A program made the translations under genes and the position numbers. Below the pieces are notes generated by a model that was not told the DNA's origin, did no database searches, and was given only the letters and a program-made list of their open reading frames with translations. Below are positions 16,191-19,403 of a stretch of 19,403 nt of DNA, one piece after another. The number at the start of each line of letters is the position of its first letter. Position 1 is the first letter of the stretch. Source of the DNA: Coleofasciculus chthonoplastes F2-STO-03 (GTDB lineage Bacteria > Cyanobacteriota > Cyanobacteriia > Cyanobacteriales > Coleofasciculaceae); the NCBI GenBank assembly GCA_040222015.1, contig JAVJWO010000177.1, positions 1-19,403 of the forward strand, read 5' to 3'.

Positions 16191-19100
16191 CTACCAGGGA
16201 CTCCCCACTAGAGTAAACGCACTCCAATAATAAGGATGAGTAAGTTCCTGATCCGGTAATTCAGTTAACTGGGGAGGTAGGGGAAAGATACCATTCTGCG
16301 TCACAATTTGACCCTTTTCTAATCGAACTTCTCCCTGAATCATTGCGACTTGTGCCTGTCGCAAGGCTTCAGCTTTAATTGGGGCTTGTTTTAACTGTTG
16401 ATAAAATGTGGTCATCAGTCCTAATGTCCCAGTATCACTGACATACCAGAGACTACCCAATGCCGATTTTACCCCAGCTTGTACCGCTAATCCGGTAAAT
16501 CCTAATTCTGCTTCCTCATCCCCTAAGGCTGAACGACAGGCACTTAATACCATTAGTTCTATCGGGGGATTATCTAATTTTAATTCCCGCAATTTGTCTA
16601 GGGTTAATCGGGTATGCCAAAACTGAATATAGGAGTTACTCGGTTTTCCGGGTTTGAATTCCCCATGGGTGGCTAGATGGAGAATGCCAAAAGGTTGACT
16701 AGCCCGGGCTTGTTTAAGATTTTCTAGGGTAAAATATTGATTCAGAAAAGATGTACCTGACCACAACTGATTGGTAATAATCGATAACTCTTTGGGGACA
16801 GCAGGTAAAGGGTTTTGTTCTTCAAATTCAGATGCGCCCATGGCTAAGATAGTAGCATTTCGGATATCCACATAACGGGTATCGGTGAGGCTAAAACTTG
16901 GCATTAATCCCACGCTGTAGTTCTCGATAATAAATTGGTTTCCGTCATAAAGTGTGGCAATAGGGAGGGAACGTAAACCACTATCCATAACAAAGCTGAG
17001 ATTATTAATCTGTTGAGCTTGTAACTCTTCTGCAATGGGGGAAACTAACCAATCATAAAGTTGTTGTGCTGATGGTTTATAGGGGCGAGGAATGCGAACA
17101 TCGGTGACAGCGCGACGTAGTTGTTGTACTTGTTGCATCACTTTGTCCCGTGTTGCACCGGGAACAGGACGGCGAATGATGTCTCCAGAGGCAGTAACTA
17201 GGACGAGTTCTAGTTGGTCACTGGGTTGAGGATTGGGGTTACTAGAAAGTTGTTGGCGTTGAGGGGTGGAAGGATTAAATTGCCAAATAATTTCGGTTTT
17301 GTCTTTAGGATTGGGTTTTTCTGTAGTTGGGGTTTGGGGTTTAAAGAAGGCGTAAATTAAGGCAGGTTTTATGCCAGTTTGTTGTTCAATTTGACTCAGT
17401 GTCGTTTGCACTTGTTCAGGCGTAGCCGTTTGGGTATTACTAATCCCTAGGTAGCTTTCATACGCATTAGTGAAATTGCCTTCTTGTTGAGTCAGTTCAG
17501 CTTCAGCCGTTGGGGTAGTTGTGTTGGTTGTCGATGAGACGGCGATTGGACTCCTTTCGTCTGAGATGCTATCTTCCTCGGCAGATTCGTTAACTTGATT
17601 GGGTTGAGTGATATTAACCGGATTTATCGGGGGATCATCGACGGTACTGGTGGGAATATCACCGCGAATAATTGCAATATTTCCTTCTCGGTGAGTCAGG
17701 GGAAAGGAACGCAGTGGGATAATACTAATGTCTCCACTGGTGAGAACGCCAGCCGTACCATTAATTTCTGCATCACCGACTTTAAAGGGTGTGAGTGCGT
17801 CACCTCCATGGCGAATGGTAATATCTCCCCCACCGTTACCACCAGCCGTGGAGATACTGGCGTCTATCCCATTTTGGTCAGTAAAGGTGTCTGTGGCGCG
17901 GAAGTATTTGCCTGCGGTGATATCGACGTTACCCCCTGTACCATTATCACCTCCTTGAGCGTTAATCGAAGTTACCTGAATATCGCCGATAGGGTCAAGG
18001 GTAACATGACCCCCATCACCCAAACTGCCACTGGTATCAATAACACCTGTAGTTATTTGTTCTTCGGCTTGAACAACAATATCGCCACCCGTCAATCCAG
18101 CACTATTCAGATTTGCGATCGCCAATTTACCCGAATTTGCGTTAAGGTATATATCCCCCCCATCTCCCGTGGGGTTACTGGTATTTAAGGTAACCCCAAC
18201 CCCTTCCAAATCAGTTGTGTTGAGGGTAACGGTTCCGCCACGGGTTTGAATAATGCCGGAACCGGACAAGACGGTAGGATTAGAACTATTGACCGAAATA
18301 TCGCCGCCACTGGTTGTCAGTGTTAGCGCACCGACGGTAAGATTGCCTGTAGTAATCGCACCATTGTTGCTGGTAATGGTAAGAGTGCGATCGCGATTGA
18401 TAATGTCATCGGTAATAATATCTTGATTCGCCAGCAAGGTAATCGTCGCATTCCCCTCTCCGGTGATGGTTCCGGCGGTGGTATTGATGGAACCATTACC
18501 CACAGGTGCTTGTAAGGTGACAGGGGTTTGGAATGTAATATCATCGGTTAGGGTAATTGCACCACTGCTACTGGTTCCACCAATCGTGATTGAGGTAAAT
18601 GTATTTTGTAGGGAATTCAGTTCTGATGTGGTTAAATCTAAAATACTTGTGCTACCACTATCCGCACCTCCGAGTTGAATCCCTTGGGTTGGAGTCAATG
18701 GTTGTAGGGTTAAAGTTCCGGTTCCAGAGATATTGCCTGTAAAATTAAGCTCATCGCCGATTAGGGTAAGATTTCCTGCACCTCCATTAATAGTGCTGCT
18801 GATAGTCGCCGGGTTATTGAATTGGAAGGTATCATCTAAGGTTCCACCTGTCAAGTTAGAAAAGTCACTAAAGGTGAGTCCGTTAACTGTACCGCTATTG
18901 CTTCCGGTAATATTCCAAGTGTTAGTGGTGTTATTAGCAATTAGGGTACTGGTTGCATTTGTGGTTCCTTGGACTTGTTCGATATTAGTTCCCCCTAATA
19001 CTGCTAAGTTTACAGTTAGGGGACTGGTATAGGCTGAATAGTCTAGGGTATCTGTTCCTGCACCGCCATCAACGTTTCCGGTAAAGGTTACGCCATCATT

Positions 19101-19403
19101 AAAACTAAACGTATCATTATTACTCCCCCCTGTCAGGTTGTTAATTGCGGTAAAGTTACTGCCATTAATAGTGCCAGCATTAGAGTTGGTTAAATTCCAG
19201 GTGTTCGGGGTGTTACTAGCAATTATTGTATTGTTTCCTCCACCCCCATCAATGGTTCCCGAAAATGTAACGTTTTCATTAAACTGAAATGTATCATTAT
19301 TACTCCCTCCGGTCAGATTTGAGAAAGTATTGAAAGTAATTGTGCCATTAATCGTGCCGCTATTGCTATTCGTAATCGTCCAATTATTCGCGGTGTTATT
19401 GGC
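16191..19403 (-). CDS. Large CHAT-domain protein with filamentous-haemagglutinin-like G/T/N-rich repeats, 5'-partial
   Basis: C-terminal CHAT motifs LYDWLVSP, LHLATHG (His), VLSACRSALG (Cys), SLWYVSD and HPYYWSAF. I checked that the frame stays open from 18854 to the window end (ANNTANNWTIT...NLTGGSNNDTF repeats). Confidence 0.95.
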   Translation of the reverse strand, partial: ANNTANNWTITNSNSGTINGTITFNTFSNLTGGSNNDTFQFNENVTFSGTIDGGGGNNTIIASNTPNTWNLTNSNAGTINGSNFTAINNLTGGSNNDTFSFNDGVTFTGNVDGGAGTDTLDYSAYTSPLTVNLAVLGGTNIEQVQGTTNATSTLIANNTTNTWNITGSNSGTVNGLTFSDFSNLTGGTLDDTFQFNNPATISSTINGGAGNLTLIGDELNFTGNISGTGTLTLQPLTPTQGIQLGGADSGSTSILDLTTSELNSLQNTFTSITIGGTSSSGAITLTDDITFQTPVTLQAPVGNGSINTTAGTITGEGNATITLLANQDIITDDIINRDRTLTITSNNGAITTGNLTVGALTLTTSGGDISVNSSNPTVLSGSGIIQTRGGTVTLNTTDLEGVGVTLNTSNPTGDGGDIYLNANSGKLAIANLNSAGLTGGDIVVQAEEQITTGVIDTSGSLGDGGHVTLDPIGDIQVTSINAQGGDNGTGGNVDITAGKYFRATDTFTDQNGIDASISTAGGNGGGDITIRHGGDALTPFKVGDAEINGTAGVLTSGDISIIPLRSFPLTHREGNIAIIRGDIPTSTVDDPPINPVNITQPNQVNESAEEDSISDERSPIAVSSTTNTTTPTAEAELTQQEGNFTNAYESYLGISNTQTATPEQVQTTLSQIEQQTGIKPALIYAFFKPQTPTTEKPNPKDKTEIIWQFNPSTPQRQQLSSNPNPQPSDQLELVLVTASGDIIRRPVPGATRDKVMQQVQQLRRAVTDVRIPRPYKPSAQQLYDWLVSPIAEELQAQQINNLSFVMDSGLRSLPIATLYDGNQFIIENYSVGLMPSFSLTDTRYVDIRNATILAMGASEFEEQNPLPAVPKELSIITNQLWSGTSFLNQYFTLENLKQARASQPFGILHLATHGEFKPGKPSNSYIQFWHTRLTLDKLRELKLDNPPIELMVLSACRSALGDEEAELGFTGLAVQAGVKSALGSLWYVSDTGTLGLMTTFYQQLKQAPIKAEALRQAQVAMIQGEVRLEKGQIVTQNGIFPLPPQLTELPDQELTHPYYWSAFTLVGSPW

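Noticed and set aside
2374..19032. Remaining short ORFs nested in or antisense to long genes (e.g. 2873-3085, 3421-3741, 5148-5453, 7539-7973, 17595-18188, 18733-19032)
   Set aside because: They overlap confidently identified genes and have no motifs, so they are best explained as shadow frames.

Overview
Cyanobacterial chromosomal window: many HIP1 GCGATCGC octamers, STRR2 heptamer arrays and GTAG-type REP hairpins; a filamentous Oscillatoriales-like host is an inference. The core is the conserved block clpX-clpP-tig (minus) divergent from asd-dapA-rnj (plus). It is flanked by a partial TPR-repeat gene, a Uma2 endonuclease, an alpha/beta hydrolase, several small accessory genes, mltA and a partial large CHAT-domain protein. 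Two things stand out. (1) A ~419-bp non-coding IS200/IS605-type element (6432-6850) carries an apparently intact HEARO/omega-RNA (IscB guide-RNA scaffold) but no iscB or tnpA. It sits exactly against the tig start codon, so ATGAA is both the start codon and the likely TAM, and the displaced tig leader becomes the guide. (2) The ClpP of the tig-clpP-clpX operon has lost its catalytic Ser and His (Ser->Asp, His->Ser) and gained a 6-aa insertion, making it a candidate ClpP2-derived pseudoprotease. All calls are by eye, without database searches.
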